This document shows positions 1 through 8,393 of a stretch of 49,362 bases of DNA, piece after piece. Under the pieces are notes generated by a model. It saw nothing but the letters and a program-made list of their open reading frames with translations. It had not been told where the DNA came from and ran no database searches. Source of the stretch: Gammaproteobacteria bacterium (GTDB taxonomy: Bacteria; Pseudomonadota; Gammaproteobacteria; UBA9214); assembly GCA_041552135.1 (NCBI GenBank), contig JBFELL010000001.1, positions 1 to 49,362 of the forward strand, in the 5' to 3' direction. Each line of letters starts with the position of its first letter. The first letter of the stretch is position 1. The position numbers and the translations under genes were made by a program.

Positions 1-1
1 C

Positions 2-439
2 ATTCGCGAGCAGTTGGAAGATCTGGAACTGGACCAGGGTATTGTCATCGTACGGGACATGGACGGCAAGATCCGCCAGTTGACCGATTACCGCGGGCGC
101 ACGGTCATCATCAACTTCTGGGCGACCTGGTGTCCGCCCTGCAGGGAGGAGCTGCCCTCGATGAATCGCGCCTGGCAGAAGGTCAGGGGTGAGGGTATCG
201 ACATGATCGCGATTAATGTCGGAGAGGATGAAGACACCATATTCACCTTCACCGGCGACTATCCCATCGACTTTACGGTACTGCTTGACCTGAGCGGCAA
301 CATCATCAATGAATGGCCGGTCAGGGGTCTGCCAACCACCTTTGTCGTTGACCCCGACGGCCGGATCATCTACCGGGCCGTCGGCGGACGCGAGTGGGAT
401 GACGACAAACTCCTTGACATGATACGCGGCCAGGATTGA
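2..439 (+). CDS. Thioredoxin-fold thiol:disulfide oxidoreductase, TlpA/ResA-like (5' end cut by window edge)
   Basis: The reading frame is open back to base 2. It has the active-site WCPPC in INFWATWCPPCREELP and a cis-Pro region GLPTTFVVD. Size is redoxin-like. Confidence 0.8.
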   Translation: MREQLEDLELDQGIVIVRDMDGKIRQLTDYRGRTVIINFWATWCPPCREELPSMNRAWQKVRGEGIDMIAINVGEDEDTIFTFTGDYPIDFTVLLDLSGNIINEWPVRGLPTTFVVDPDGRIIYRAVGGREWDDDKLLDMIRGQD

Positions 440-626
440 CCGCCTCCGGCAGTGCCTTACCCGAACCTCGTACACGATGGTGCGGTTACTGCCTGTCGGG
501 TGATTGTTCCGGCAACCTGTTTACAACCCGGTCCTGTCGTTGCCTGCACCCGGTCGGTGGGACAGCCTTTTTCTCCTGCGTAGTTGACGGGAGAACATAC
601 CGGCCTGCGCCTGCGGCCTGGCGTCT

Positions 627-950
627 TTATTCGGCCAGTACCGCCTCAGCCGCCTGTTCCCGGGTGTAGAAACAGCCGTCACGAACAAAGCCGGCGACAA
701 TCGAGCACCTGGCCGCTATCGCATTGGCGGCCTTGTCCTGCGCCACGATCCAGCTTTCGGGAAGGCCACCGAGCACATGCACGGGGGCAGGAAGGCCGTT
801 CGGGAAACGCGATATTTCGATCCGGCCTGTATCGGTATCACAGAAGGCGGGCCTGAAGCCACTGCCACGGTTACCTTGACTGATGCCGGGTGTGCCCGAG
901 AAGGCCAGATTCTCTCGCCGGAGCGTTGCAGATGTGAACAATCGAGCCAT
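627..950 (-). CDS. Hypothetical protein (107 aa)
   Basis: Lies within ORF 627..992. An internal ATG at 950 has GGAGGA 7 nt upstream. I recognise no family. Confidence 0.45.
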   Translation of the reverse strand: MARLFTSATLRRENLAFSGTPGISQGNRGSGFRPAFCDTDTGRIEISRFPNGLPAPVHVLGGLPESWIVAQDKAANAIAARCSIVAGFVRDGCFYTREQAAEAVLAE

Positions 951-1157
951 CACTGAGTCCTCCGATATGCCATGAAGCCACTCTCTGACCATATCTATGC
1001 ATCAGCTGTGCCAGTTCCGACGCTCGAAGCATGGCCTGACCAAGACTATGAAAGTATTGTTATTGTCCTTTCTGCAGCCCAGGTTGACAGCGTGTCAGCA
1101 GCCCACTGAGACAGTTCTGTCCCGGAACTGGATAGATGCCAACCATCCCCGGCACAG

Positions 1158-1169
1158 GTACTATTACGT
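1158..1169. promoter_or_regulatory. Third copy of the same motif (GTACTATTACGT) upstream of the NorD-like gene (weak)
   Basis: Matches the copy at 9813-9830 at 15 of 18 positions when extended through the ATATA. Confidence 0.2.
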
Positions 1170-1187
1170 ATATATAAACGCCCTGCC

Positions 1188-3194
1188 GTGCGTTTAGTCT
1201 TGAACACTCAGCAGCCACCTGCCCATCCTGCAATGTTCCGATTCTGGCGGAAATCCCCTGCCCCTGCGGTACGCAAGCCCCCGCGGTCCGAGAATTACGG
1301 CGGTATGCGGCCCAGGGAGCTGCAGGCCAGGCTGGAACTGCTGATAGACCCGTCGCTGAAATACCATCGCGGCATCCATGACACGGCGCTTTTCCTCTCC
1401 AAGTACAACCTGGTCGAACAGAACCGGTTCCTCGCCGCCGTTGAACGTATCGCGCAGCACGACACCGAGCTTGCCTATCGCTTTTGCCGCAGTGCCGCAC
1501 CCGCCATCAGTGGTCTGCCCGATGACGCATGGCAGGCCTGGATTGCACACATCCTGCAGACGCATGCCGTCGAGGGCAGGCAGGCGGCCGTCGGTCTTGC
1601 CGGGGACTTCAGCACCTATCGCAGCCAGCTGACGGACAGTGCATCCGCCGTGTCGTATGCCGAGATTGCCGGCATCATGGAGTCATTTATCCAGGCGCTC
1701 AGTGGCCATCCGCTCAAGCTGGAGACGGGAGAGAGCCGGGCCACGGACATGCAGACACTGTATTTCCCGGAAAGCATCGACCGTTTTACGGACCGCGATG
1801 ATAATTTCAGGCTGTACAAGGCCTGTGCTGTCCACCAGTGGGCCCAGAGCCGGTTCGGAACCTGGGATATCGAGCCGGAACCGCTTGTGCGCAGCTACCC
1901 CGACAGGGAACGGGCACTGCGCCTGTTTCACCGGCTGGAGACCATCCGTCTGGATGCCTGTATCGCACGCGAACTGCCGGGCATGGCCCGCGACATGCGC
2001 CGGTTTCGCATGCCGGACAAGCAGTTGGCAGCCGACTGGCGGGCGGCCGCGCGAAGTCTCGCCGGGCCGCAGAGCGGTGCGGGAGACAGCATCGAGTGGC
2101 TGCAACGCCTGTACGAGCTGGACTATGAACCGCCCGCGCCGCTCTACCAGGCCGTGCTGCAGGCCGTCGCCGAACGGGAGGAAACACAGGACCCCGAGAA
2201 CAGCACACTGCAGCTACCTGCGGAAGAGGCCGCAACCGGTGAGGCGACCGCTGTTAATGACGCCGACACGATTGATGACGAGTCAGTGGAGGATGGAGCG
2301 GGCGCCGAACCCCCGCCGGCTGAAAGTGACTATACCTACGATGAATGGGACCAGTCCCGCCAGCGTTATCGCAAGCACTGGTGCCAGCTCAGGGAGGAGC
2401 CGGTAGCAACCGAACCGAACGCCTTCCGCAGGCTGACGCTGCAGAAATACCATGGACTGCACGTACGGTTGCGACGCAGTTTCGAGGCAATGAGAAAGGA
2501 GAACCGGCGAATTCACCGGGAACCCGACGGCGAGGATATCGATATAGACGCCGTTGTCGATGCCCTGTCGGACCTGCACAGCGGCCTGGACATGAGCGAC
2601 CGGCTGTTTGTTCGCACCAGCCGCGATGAGCGCAATGTTGCCACCCTGTTCCTGCTCGACATGAGCGCATCCACCAGTGGCTGGGTCAACGAGATCGAGC
2701 GCGAGGCCCTGGTATTGATGTGCGAGGCCCTTGAGCAGCTTGGTGATCGCTATGCCGTTTACGGCTTTTCCGGCCGCGGGCACGCCAACTGTATCTCCTA
2801 CCCGGTCAAGGCATTTGGCGAAACCTACAACGAGCCGGTCTGGGAGCGCATCGGTTCCATAAAGGCCCAGCAGTACACGCGCATGGGGGTGGCAATAAGG
2901 CACCACAGTGCCAAGCTGCTTGGTGTTGAGGCGCGTACCCGCCTGCTGGTGGTGCTATCCGATGGCCGACCTGACGACCAGGACGGTTACCGGGGATCCT
3001 ACGGTATTGAAGATACCCGCAAGTCGCTGCTGGAATGCCGGCTGGCCGGCATACACCCGTTTTGCATCACCATCGACAGCGACGCCCGGGACTACCTTCC
3101 CCACATGTTCGGCCGGGTCAATTTCACCGTCATCGACCATGTAGAGAAATTGCCGTACCGTATCGGCGACATCTACCGCAGACTGACCACGTAG
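1188..3194 (+). CDS. von Willebrand factor A domain protein, NorD/CbbO-like
   Basis: The C-terminal vWA domain has a MIDAS DxSxS motif (LLDMSASTSGW) and LLVVLSDGRPDD, preceded by an acidic linker. The start is uncertain: GTG 1188, ATG 1233 or ATG 1305. No MoxR/NorQ-type AAA+ partner is in the window. Confidence 0.8.
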   Translation: MRLVLNTQQPPAHPAMFRFWRKSPAPAVRKPPRSENYGGMRPRELQARLELLIDPSLKYHRGIHDTALFLSKYNLVEQNRFLAAVERIAQHDTELAYRFCRSAAPAISGLPDDAWQAWIAHILQTHAVEGRQAAVGLAGDFSTYRSQLTDSASAVSYAEIAGIMESFIQALSGHPLKLETGESRATDMQTLYFPESIDRFTDRDDNFRLYKACAVHQWAQSRFGTWDIEPEPLVRSYPDRERALRLFHRLETIRLDACIARELPGMARDMRRFRMPDKQLAADWRAAARSLAGPQSGAGDSIEWLQRLYELDYEPPAPLYQAVLQAVAEREETQDPENSTLQLPAEEAATGEATAVNDADTIDDESVEDGAGAEPPPAESDYTYDEWDQSRQRYRKHWCQLREEPVATEPNAFRRLTLQKYHGLHVRLRRSFEAMRKENRRIHREPDGEDIDIDAVVDALSDLHSGLDMSDRLFVRTSRDERNVATLFLLDMSASTSGWVNEIEREALVLMCEALEQLGDRYAVYGFSGRGHANCISYPVKAFGETYNEPVWERIGSIKAQQYTRMGVAIRHHSAKLLGVEARTRLLVVLSDGRPDDQDGYRGSYGIEDTRKSLLECRLAGIHPFCITIDSDARDYLPHMFGRVNFTVIDHVEKLPYRIGDIYRRLTT

Positions 3195-3219
3195 ATACCG
3201 CCGGATACGGCCCTCAACT

Positions 3220-3336
3220 CTAGAGGCCGAGCATACCTAGAACGCCCGAGAAATGCAGACTGACAGCGATAATTGCAAGGCCGATTGCCATGGCCGTCAG
3301 AAATACCATTACATTGTTTCCGCCACTCTGAGTCAT
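3220..3336 (-). CDS. Small single-TM membrane protein (38 aa), candidate
   Basis: ORF MTQSGGNNVMVFLTAMAIGLAIIAVSLHFSGVLGMLGL with GGAGAGGAG 8 nt upstream of its ATG. It is too short for the supplied ORF track and is the last ORF of the minus-strand block. Confidence 0.4.
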   Translation of the reverse strand: MTQSGGNNVMVFLTAMAIGLAIIAVSLHFSGVLGMLGL

Positions 3337-3453
3337 TATTTTGCTCCTCTCCCGTCCGGTTATAAGAAAGTAATAACCCTTTTTGAAACAGACCCGCGTC
3401 TACTGTATCTCGGTCTGACTCCCCAGGGTCCAGTTGTGTCGCACATACCGCCT

Positions 3454-3864
3454 TCAGTGCGACGTTTCCAGCAGTTCTCTGAGATTGCTGCCGACCGAGC
3501 GGTCGCCCTCAACCAGCCAGCGACGCAGCGCACTTGCACCCTCTATCATGAATAACTGTTCCTTATCACCTTCCGGTCGACTGGAAAAGTACAGCTGGCT
3601 GGTGGTTACCTCGTTACTGTCTGCGTCGAAGTGGCTGGCGAGAATCCGTTCCAGCAGGATACCGGCACTCGCAGGCCGCATATCATCGTAGGATGCCAGG
3701 TACCGCACGGCCCCGTATACGTAACACTCCACCAGCGTCCTGGTGCTCAACCGGTTGAACAGCTGCTCCTTCTCGACACCGGTGAGCGCCTCGGCAACAA
3801 ACGGGTCAAGCGTCAGTGATGCCTGGTCCAGATCCGTATCCGTTCTGTTAAATGGCCAAATCAT
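3454..3864 (-). CDS. Hypothetical protein (136 aa)
   Basis: Clean ORF with AGGA 9 nt upstream, starting 31 nt after the upstream GST-like gene stop. I recognise no family. Confidence 0.55.
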   Translation of the reverse strand: MIWPFNRTDTDLDQASLTLDPFVAEALTGVEKEQLFNRLSTRTLVECYVYGAVRYLASYDDMRPASAGILLERILASHFDADSNEVTTSQLYFSSRPEGDKEQLFMIEGASALRRWLVEGDRSVGSNLRELLETSH

Positions 3865-3895
3865 CGATCAGATCCTGTACGCGTGTCAGCTGCAA

Positions 3896-4687
3896 TCAAT
3901 AGTCGTCAATGGATATCGAATTCAGGCGTTTCTGCTTGATATCGGCGAGTTTCGGCAGCAGGTCGTAGGCGACGACATTCTGCCCGGAAAAACTCTTGTG
4001 GGTACGTATTCTGTCGAACCAGGCCTTGATATTCGGGCGCGCGTCGACTAGCTCGCCTTCACCGGCCTCGTACAGCAGGTGTATATAGGCGGTCCAGTGA
4101 ATATCCGCAAAGGAATAATTTCCGATGATGAAGGTGTTTTTGGCCAGCTGGCTGTCAAGCGCATCGAGCGGTGCTTCCAGCGCCTTTCTGGCCGCTTCGA
4201 CGCCGGACGTATTCACCATGTACACAGAATCGACCATCGGGCCGAGAATCTGCTCCTTCACCAGTGTATTGACGTGTGGCCCGACCTCTGTGCAGGCAAT
4301 GTCAGACCAGTAGTTCTGCTCGGCCAGCAGCGCGGCGTTTTTCGGCGGCAGCCGTTTACCCAGGCCGCGCGCCTCGATGTAACTCATGATGCCGGACTCA
4401 CCGGAGACATAGTAGTCCGCTTCCTTGAGTGCCGGCACGATCCCGAGCGGCGAGACCGCCAGGTAATCGCCGCTTTCATCCTCGCCCTCCAGAATATCCA
4501 GGACCGCGGAGTCGGTCTCCATGCCCATCTCTATCGCCGTAATCAGGCACTTGAGCGTGTCTGCATGCCCGGGGAATCCCAGCAGCTGCAGGACATACTG
4601 GGTCTTTTTCATGTCGCCTTCAGAGCCGTAACTGGCATCACTCGACTCAGTCCGGGCAGCCCTGCCAAATGCAAAGAGATCACTCAT
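3896..4687 (-). CDS. Glutathione S-transferase-like protein, paralogue C
   Basis: GST-fold motifs are present: SPLGIVPAL (cis-Pro G-site), GESGIMSYI and FSFADIHW. It is a paralogue of 4753..5466 and 6930..7610. An alternative start is ATG 4612 (MKKTQ). Confidence 0.8.
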   Translation of the reverse strand: MSDLFAFGRAARTESSDASYGSEGDMKKTQYVLQLLGFPGHADTLKCLITAIEMGMETDSAVLDILEGEDESGDYLAVSPLGIVPALKEADYYVSGESGIMSYIEARGLGKRLPPKNAALLAEQNYWSDIACTEVGPHVNTLVKEQILGPMVDSVYMVNTSGVEAARKALEAPLDALDSQLAKNTFIIGNYSFADIHWTAYIHLLYEAGEGELVDARPNIKAWFDRIRTHKSFSGQNVVAYDLLPKLADIKQKRLNSISIDDY

Positions 4688-4752
4688 TCCGGTTCACCAT
4701 TGTTTTTGACGCTGGATTTCAGCGTGATTCAGGTCAGGTACGCCAGCCATGC

Positions 4753-5466
4753 TCAGGCGACGTTTCTCAGTTCCTTGCCCTTGATCTGGTCGAGACTTGG
4801 CAAGGCATCGCAGGGACTTCGGGACCCGTTTTTCCTCGATTTGACCCTGTCAAACCACTGCTTCAGATTGGCATGTTTGCCGATCAGGTCACCATGGCCG
4901 GTGATTTCACAGAAATGCAGGTATGGCGCCCAGTGAATTTCCGCAAAGGAAAAGTCTTCGGCGAAATACTCCCGGCCATCCAGGAACCGGTCTGCAACAG
5001 TGAACACCTGTTCTATCGCCTCCAGTGCCGCATCGATTGCGGCCTGGTCCGGCGTGTAGTCCGGATCTCCCATGGTTTTCAACACCTGCTCGTCCAGCAG
5101 CGTGTTGACGTGGGGCAGCAGCCTGTACTGCCCGACCTCGATCCAGTAGTTTTGCTGACCCAGGCGCGCCGCCTTCCTTGGAGCCAGTGACTGCCCGCCA
5201 CCGCGGATGTCCAGGTAGGGAAGTATGGCTGCCGCACCCGAGGTCACCAGATCGCCTTCACCGAGGCACGGTATTTTCCCGAATGGCGACAGGGCGCGGA
5301 AAGCCGAGCCCTCATCCTCGTGGCCGGTAAGATCCAGCAGGTCCGGGTCGATCTTCACACCCTTCTCTGCTGCCATGTACAGGCATTTGCAGGTATCGAC
5401 ATGCCCGGGAAACCCGCGCATATGGATATTTCCCTGCGTTTTCTTTTTCCTTGAAAAGAGACCCAT
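4753..5466 (-). CDS. Glutathione S-transferase-like protein, paralogue B
   Basis: Contains SPFGKIPCL, SGAAAILPYL and FSFAEIHW. The start is set at ATG 5466 (MGLFSRKKK), which has AAGGA upstream. This is 16 nt after the stop of the small membrane ORF. Confidence 0.8.
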   Translation of the reverse strand: MGLFSRKKKTQGNIHMRGFPGHVDTCKCLYMAAEKGVKIDPDLLDLTGHEDEGSAFRALSPFGKIPCLGEGDLVTSGAAAILPYLDIRGGGQSLAPRKAARLGQQNYWIEVGQYRLLPHVNTLLDEQVLKTMGDPDYTPDQAAIDAALEAIEQVFTVADRFLDGREYFAEDFSFAEIHWAPYLHFCEITGHGDLIGKHANLKQWFDRVKSRKNGSRSPCDALPSLDQIKGKELRNVA

Positions 5467-5482
5467 TTCCTTGCCCCCGGCG

Positions 5483-5689
5483 TCAGTCCTTGAACCACTT
5501 GAATGGCGCTTCACCTGCGATCTTCAGATACAGCGTCACATTGATAATCAGCGCCACCAGCAACACAACACCGCCAAGCAGCCCCATGGCCGGATCCCTG
5601 AAATTCTGGTCAAGTCCGGTAATATTCATGCCGTACATCACCGCGGCTGAAAATATAAGCATTACAACAATTGCCTTGAACGAAGCCAT
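5483..5689 (-). CDS. Small membrane protein, two predicted TM helices (68 aa)
   Basis: Two hydrophobic stretches (AIVVMLIFSAAVMYG and LLGGVVLLVALIINVTLYL) and an AGAGGAG ribosome-binding site. It sits inside the operon. Confidence 0.6.
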   Translation of the reverse strand: MASFKAIVVMLIFSAAVMYGMNITGLDQNFRDPAMGLLGGVVLLVALIINVTLYLKIAGEAPFKWFKD

Positions 5690-5789
5690 TTTGGATCTCC
5701 TCTTTCGATAACCAATTAAGTGGATTTACGTCACCCCTGAAGCGAACCTGCCCGGCCTCGGCTGGCGCGCCCCATCGCCCCTGCGGATC

Positions 5790-6875
5790 CTACTTCCTGC
5801 CTCCCGGCATACTGCTCGCATCCAGGAACTTGTCGAAATGAATGTCTTCCCTTGCCATACCGGCCTTTACCATCACGTCAATCGCGGCATCAATCATTGG
5901 CGGCGGTCCGCAGAGATATCCCTGGCTTTCAGACATATCCACCAGACCCGTGTCGATGTATGCCTGCCGCAGGTAATCCGTGACGAACCCTCGCGCGCCC
6001 TCCCAGCCGGAGTCCTCCGCTTCCTCGGACAGAACCGGCACGAACTCGAACTTGCCTTTCCAGTCGCGCTGCATCTGTTCCATGATGTCCAGGCAGTACA
6101 GGTCCTTCTGTGTGCGGGCGCCGAAAAGGAACAGCACCTCCCGGCTGACACCTTCATTGATGGCACTCTCGAGCATGGCCTTGATAGGGGCCATGCCGCT
6201 GCCCCCTGCCACGCAGACGATTCTTGAATCACCGGGACGCAACCAGAAAGACCCGTAGGGCCCGGTCACTTCCACCGGCTCTCCCGAGCGGTCTTCGGCA
6301 AACAGCCACTCCGTGAACTCGCCGCCCGGAACCAGCCTCACGAAGAAGGTAACTTCCCGATCAGACTCGTTCTCAGGTGCCTTGGCGAAGGAATACGAGC
6401 GTGGCTTGTTGATACTGGCCGTAGCGACCTCTGCATACTGGCCGGCTACAGCGGAGCGCGGGAAATCTTCCTCCGCCTTGATAACCAGTTCGACGACATC
6501 GTGCGTTAGCGGGTTGACACGGGAAATGGTGCCATTGTGCGAGCTGACGCTGACGGTCTGTTCCGTATCTTCCAGCAGGTCCACCTCGATAACGACGTCG
6601 CTCTGGAGTTCTGCCTGACAGGCGAGAATCATCCCGGATTTCAGGTCCTCCTGTTCAAGGACATAAGCAAAATCAGAGAGTTCCTTGACCTTGCCCTCCT
6701 TCAGCTTGCATTTACAGGTACCGCAGCTACCCACCCTGCAGTCATGAGGCCAGTGCAAACCGGCCTCCAGTGCAGACTTCAGCAGGTTGTCTCCGGCCTT
6801 GACACTGACAAGTTGTCCGGATGGCTTGACTTCCGCGCTCCAGTCCTGCTTGCGTTTTTTCAAGAGTCCAAGCAT
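5790..6875 (-). CDS. 2Fe-2S ferredoxin / FAD / NAD(P)H oxidoreductase (XylA/MmoC/BenC-type reductase), copy 1
   Basis: N-terminal plant-type cluster motif CRVGSCGTCKC...ILACQA, flavin site PRSYSFA, and nucleotide site VAGGSGMAP. Confidence 0.9.
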   Translation of the reverse strand: MLGLLKKRKQDWSAEVKPSGQLVSVKAGDNLLKSALEAGLHWPHDCRVGSCGTCKCKLKEGKVKELSDFAYVLEQEDLKSGMILACQAELQSDVVIEVDLLEDTEQTVSVSSHNGTISRVNPLTHDVVELVIKAEEDFPRSAVAGQYAEVATASINKPRSYSFAKAPENESDREVTFFVRLVPGGEFTEWLFAEDRSGEPVEVTGPYGSFWLRPGDSRIVCVAGGSGMAPIKAMLESAINEGVSREVLFLFGARTQKDLYCLDIMEQMQRDWKGKFEFVPVLSEEAEDSGWEGARGFVTDYLRQAYIDTGLVDMSESQGYLCGPPPMIDAAIDVMVKAGMAREDIHFDKFLDASSMPGGRK

Positions 6876-6929
6876 GTTCTTTCCATGATTACTGTTACAC
6901 GTTGCGGGTAGACGGCCTGTATACCGGCA

Positions 6930-7610
6930 TCAGGCGTTGATCTGGATGTCTCGCAGACTGTTGCCCTGTATGTCCCCGGCCGTGGGAAGCACATCGTAGG
7001 CCTTGATTTTTTCCTTGCTGGTGCTCGGGTGCGACTTGATCAGACCCCACCATACTTTCACGGCCGGACGCGACTCGACGATGTCACCGGCCCCCGCCAG
7101 GAAACAGCCCTGTGCCAGCGCGGCCCAGTGAATGTCAGCCAGACTGAAGGCGCCGGCGATATAATCACCACGCATGGAGGCGGATTTCGACTGCAGCTGC
7201 GTGTCGAGCGCGTCAAACCAGCGGGAAACCTCGGCCGTATCTCCATCACCGCCCATCAGTGCAGCAACAGAGGGTTGTGCGAGGTCAGATGCAATGTGTA
7301 TCCACTGGTACATGGCAGTGCGCACCACGGCATTGCGAGGTACCAGCGAGGGTCCGAAACCCTTGTCATCCAGGTAGGACATGATCGCATTGGGGCCGTA
7401 GACAACGAAGTCCACATCCCGGATAACCGGCAGCGAACCGTACGGGGAAATCGATGCTGCCTCTGCGGCATCGCCGCCACCATCCAGACCCACATAGTGG
7501 GACTCAATATCCACGCCCTTCTCTGCAGCAGTAAACAGGCATTTGGCACTGTCCAGACATGCGGGGTTCCCGTAAAATTTCATCTTGTCCTGTAAATGAT
7601 CACCTAACAT
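6930..7610 (-). CDS. Glutathione S-transferase-like protein, paralogue A
   Basis: Contains SPYGSLPVI, GPNAIMSYL and FSLADIHW. ATG 7610 has GAGGAG 7 nt upstream; the longer ORF to 7625 begins at a TTG. Confidence 0.8.
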   Translation of the reverse strand: MLGDHLQDKMKFYGNPACLDSAKCLFTAAEKGVDIESHYVGLDGGGDAAEAASISPYGSLPVIRDVDFVVYGPNAIMSYLDDKGFGPSLVPRNAVVRTAMYQWIHIASDLAQPSVAALMGGDGDTAEVSRWFDALDTQLQSKSASMRGDYIAGAFSLADIHWAALAQGCFLAGAGDIVESRPAVKVWWGLIKSHPSTSKEKIKAYDVLPTAGDIQGNSLRDIQINA

Positions 7611-7705
7611 TTCTATGCTCCTCAATCAGTTCTATTGGTAACAGACTGTTTGGATCATCCCGTCGGATTGCCCTGCTCCGCCGGGATGCCCGAGACTACA
7701 TACGT

Positions 7706-7888
7706 TCAGTCTTCCTCGATCTGCAATGCACCGGACGGACATTGTGCTACGGTAGATCGAATCTGGCTTTCCTCGCCTGCATCGAGATCGATCTTGAATG
7801 CCCCGTCTTCAACCTTGAAAACTTCCGGGCTCCCCGCAACACACTTGCCCGCATGTATACAAACAGATTCATTCCAGGTTACTTTCAT
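7706..7888 (-). CDS. Small Fe-S protein, divergent 4Fe-4S mono-cluster (Fer4_19/DUF1271-like)
   Basis: 60 aa with GGAGG 9 nt upstream. The ligand pattern is C-x-H-x3-C ... C-P (SVCIHAGKC ... AQCPSGAL). Confidence 0.65.
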   Translation of the reverse strand: MKVTWNESVCIHAGKCVAGSPEVFKVEDGAFKIDLDAGEESQIRSTVAQCPSGALQIEED

Positions 7889-7933
7889 TTTTCCAACCTC
7901 CAGTGATGTAACATCAAGTTGACCTGCAGGTTT

Positions 7934-8296
7934 TCAGACGCCGACGACGTCGCCCTTCATCGACCACAGGATGGCAAGTACTTCGTCGTACTCTCTTTGT
8001 CCTATGTCGTTCGATTTCAGTGCTTTCAGCACGTCATCAATAACGGCATTGAATTCCTGGTCATTGATGTTCATTCCGGTGTGGGCACTCAGCATATCCT
8101 TGCCTGTGTACACTTCCGGACCGCCGGTGCCTGCACCGAAAAAGTCGCGGACCATTTTCTTGACATTTTCCGGATCGGAATTGATGTAGCGGTTCTTTAC
8201 CAGCGGATTGCTTGTATGATTCGCCCAGATGTCTTCGGTAATTGCTGCGATTCCGTCAGCACCACCCAGTCTTTCGTAAAGTGTCTTCTCGCCCAT
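7934..8296 (-). CDS. glbN: Group I truncated (2/2) haemoglobin
   Basis: 120 aa. Has an LYERLGG N-terminus and a proximal-His region GGPEVYTGKDMLSAHTGMNI. Confidence 0.85.
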   Translation of the reverse strand: MGEKTLYERLGGADGIAAITEDIWANHTSNPLVKNRYINSDPENVKKMVRDFFGAGTGGPEVYTGKDMLSAHTGMNINDQEFNAVIDDVLKALKSNDIGQREYDEVLAILWSMKGDVVGV

Positions 8297-8335
8297 TTGA
8301 CTGCCCCAGTTGAATGTTTTGTGTCTTTCCGGAAC

Positions 8336-8361
8336 CCCGCACCCGGCATTCCGGGTGCGGG
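8336..8361 (-). other. Perfect 11-bp stem / 4-nt loop between the hydroxylase and haemoglobin genes
   Basis: CCCGCACCCGG-catt-CCGGGTGCGGG. No U-tract follows on the coding (minus) strand, so it is not a canonical intrinsic terminator. Confidence 0.6.
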
Positions 8362-8393
8362 ATCTGCCGCTCGTTCAGCCTGCTTGCATTCTG

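Noticed and set aside
1083-1097. TTGACAGCGTGTCAG as a possible FNR/DNR/NNR box upstream of the NorD-like gene
   Set aside because: The palindrome is TGACA-N3-TGTCA (5-3-5), not TTGAT-N4-ATCAA. The half-site sequence and spacing do not fit.
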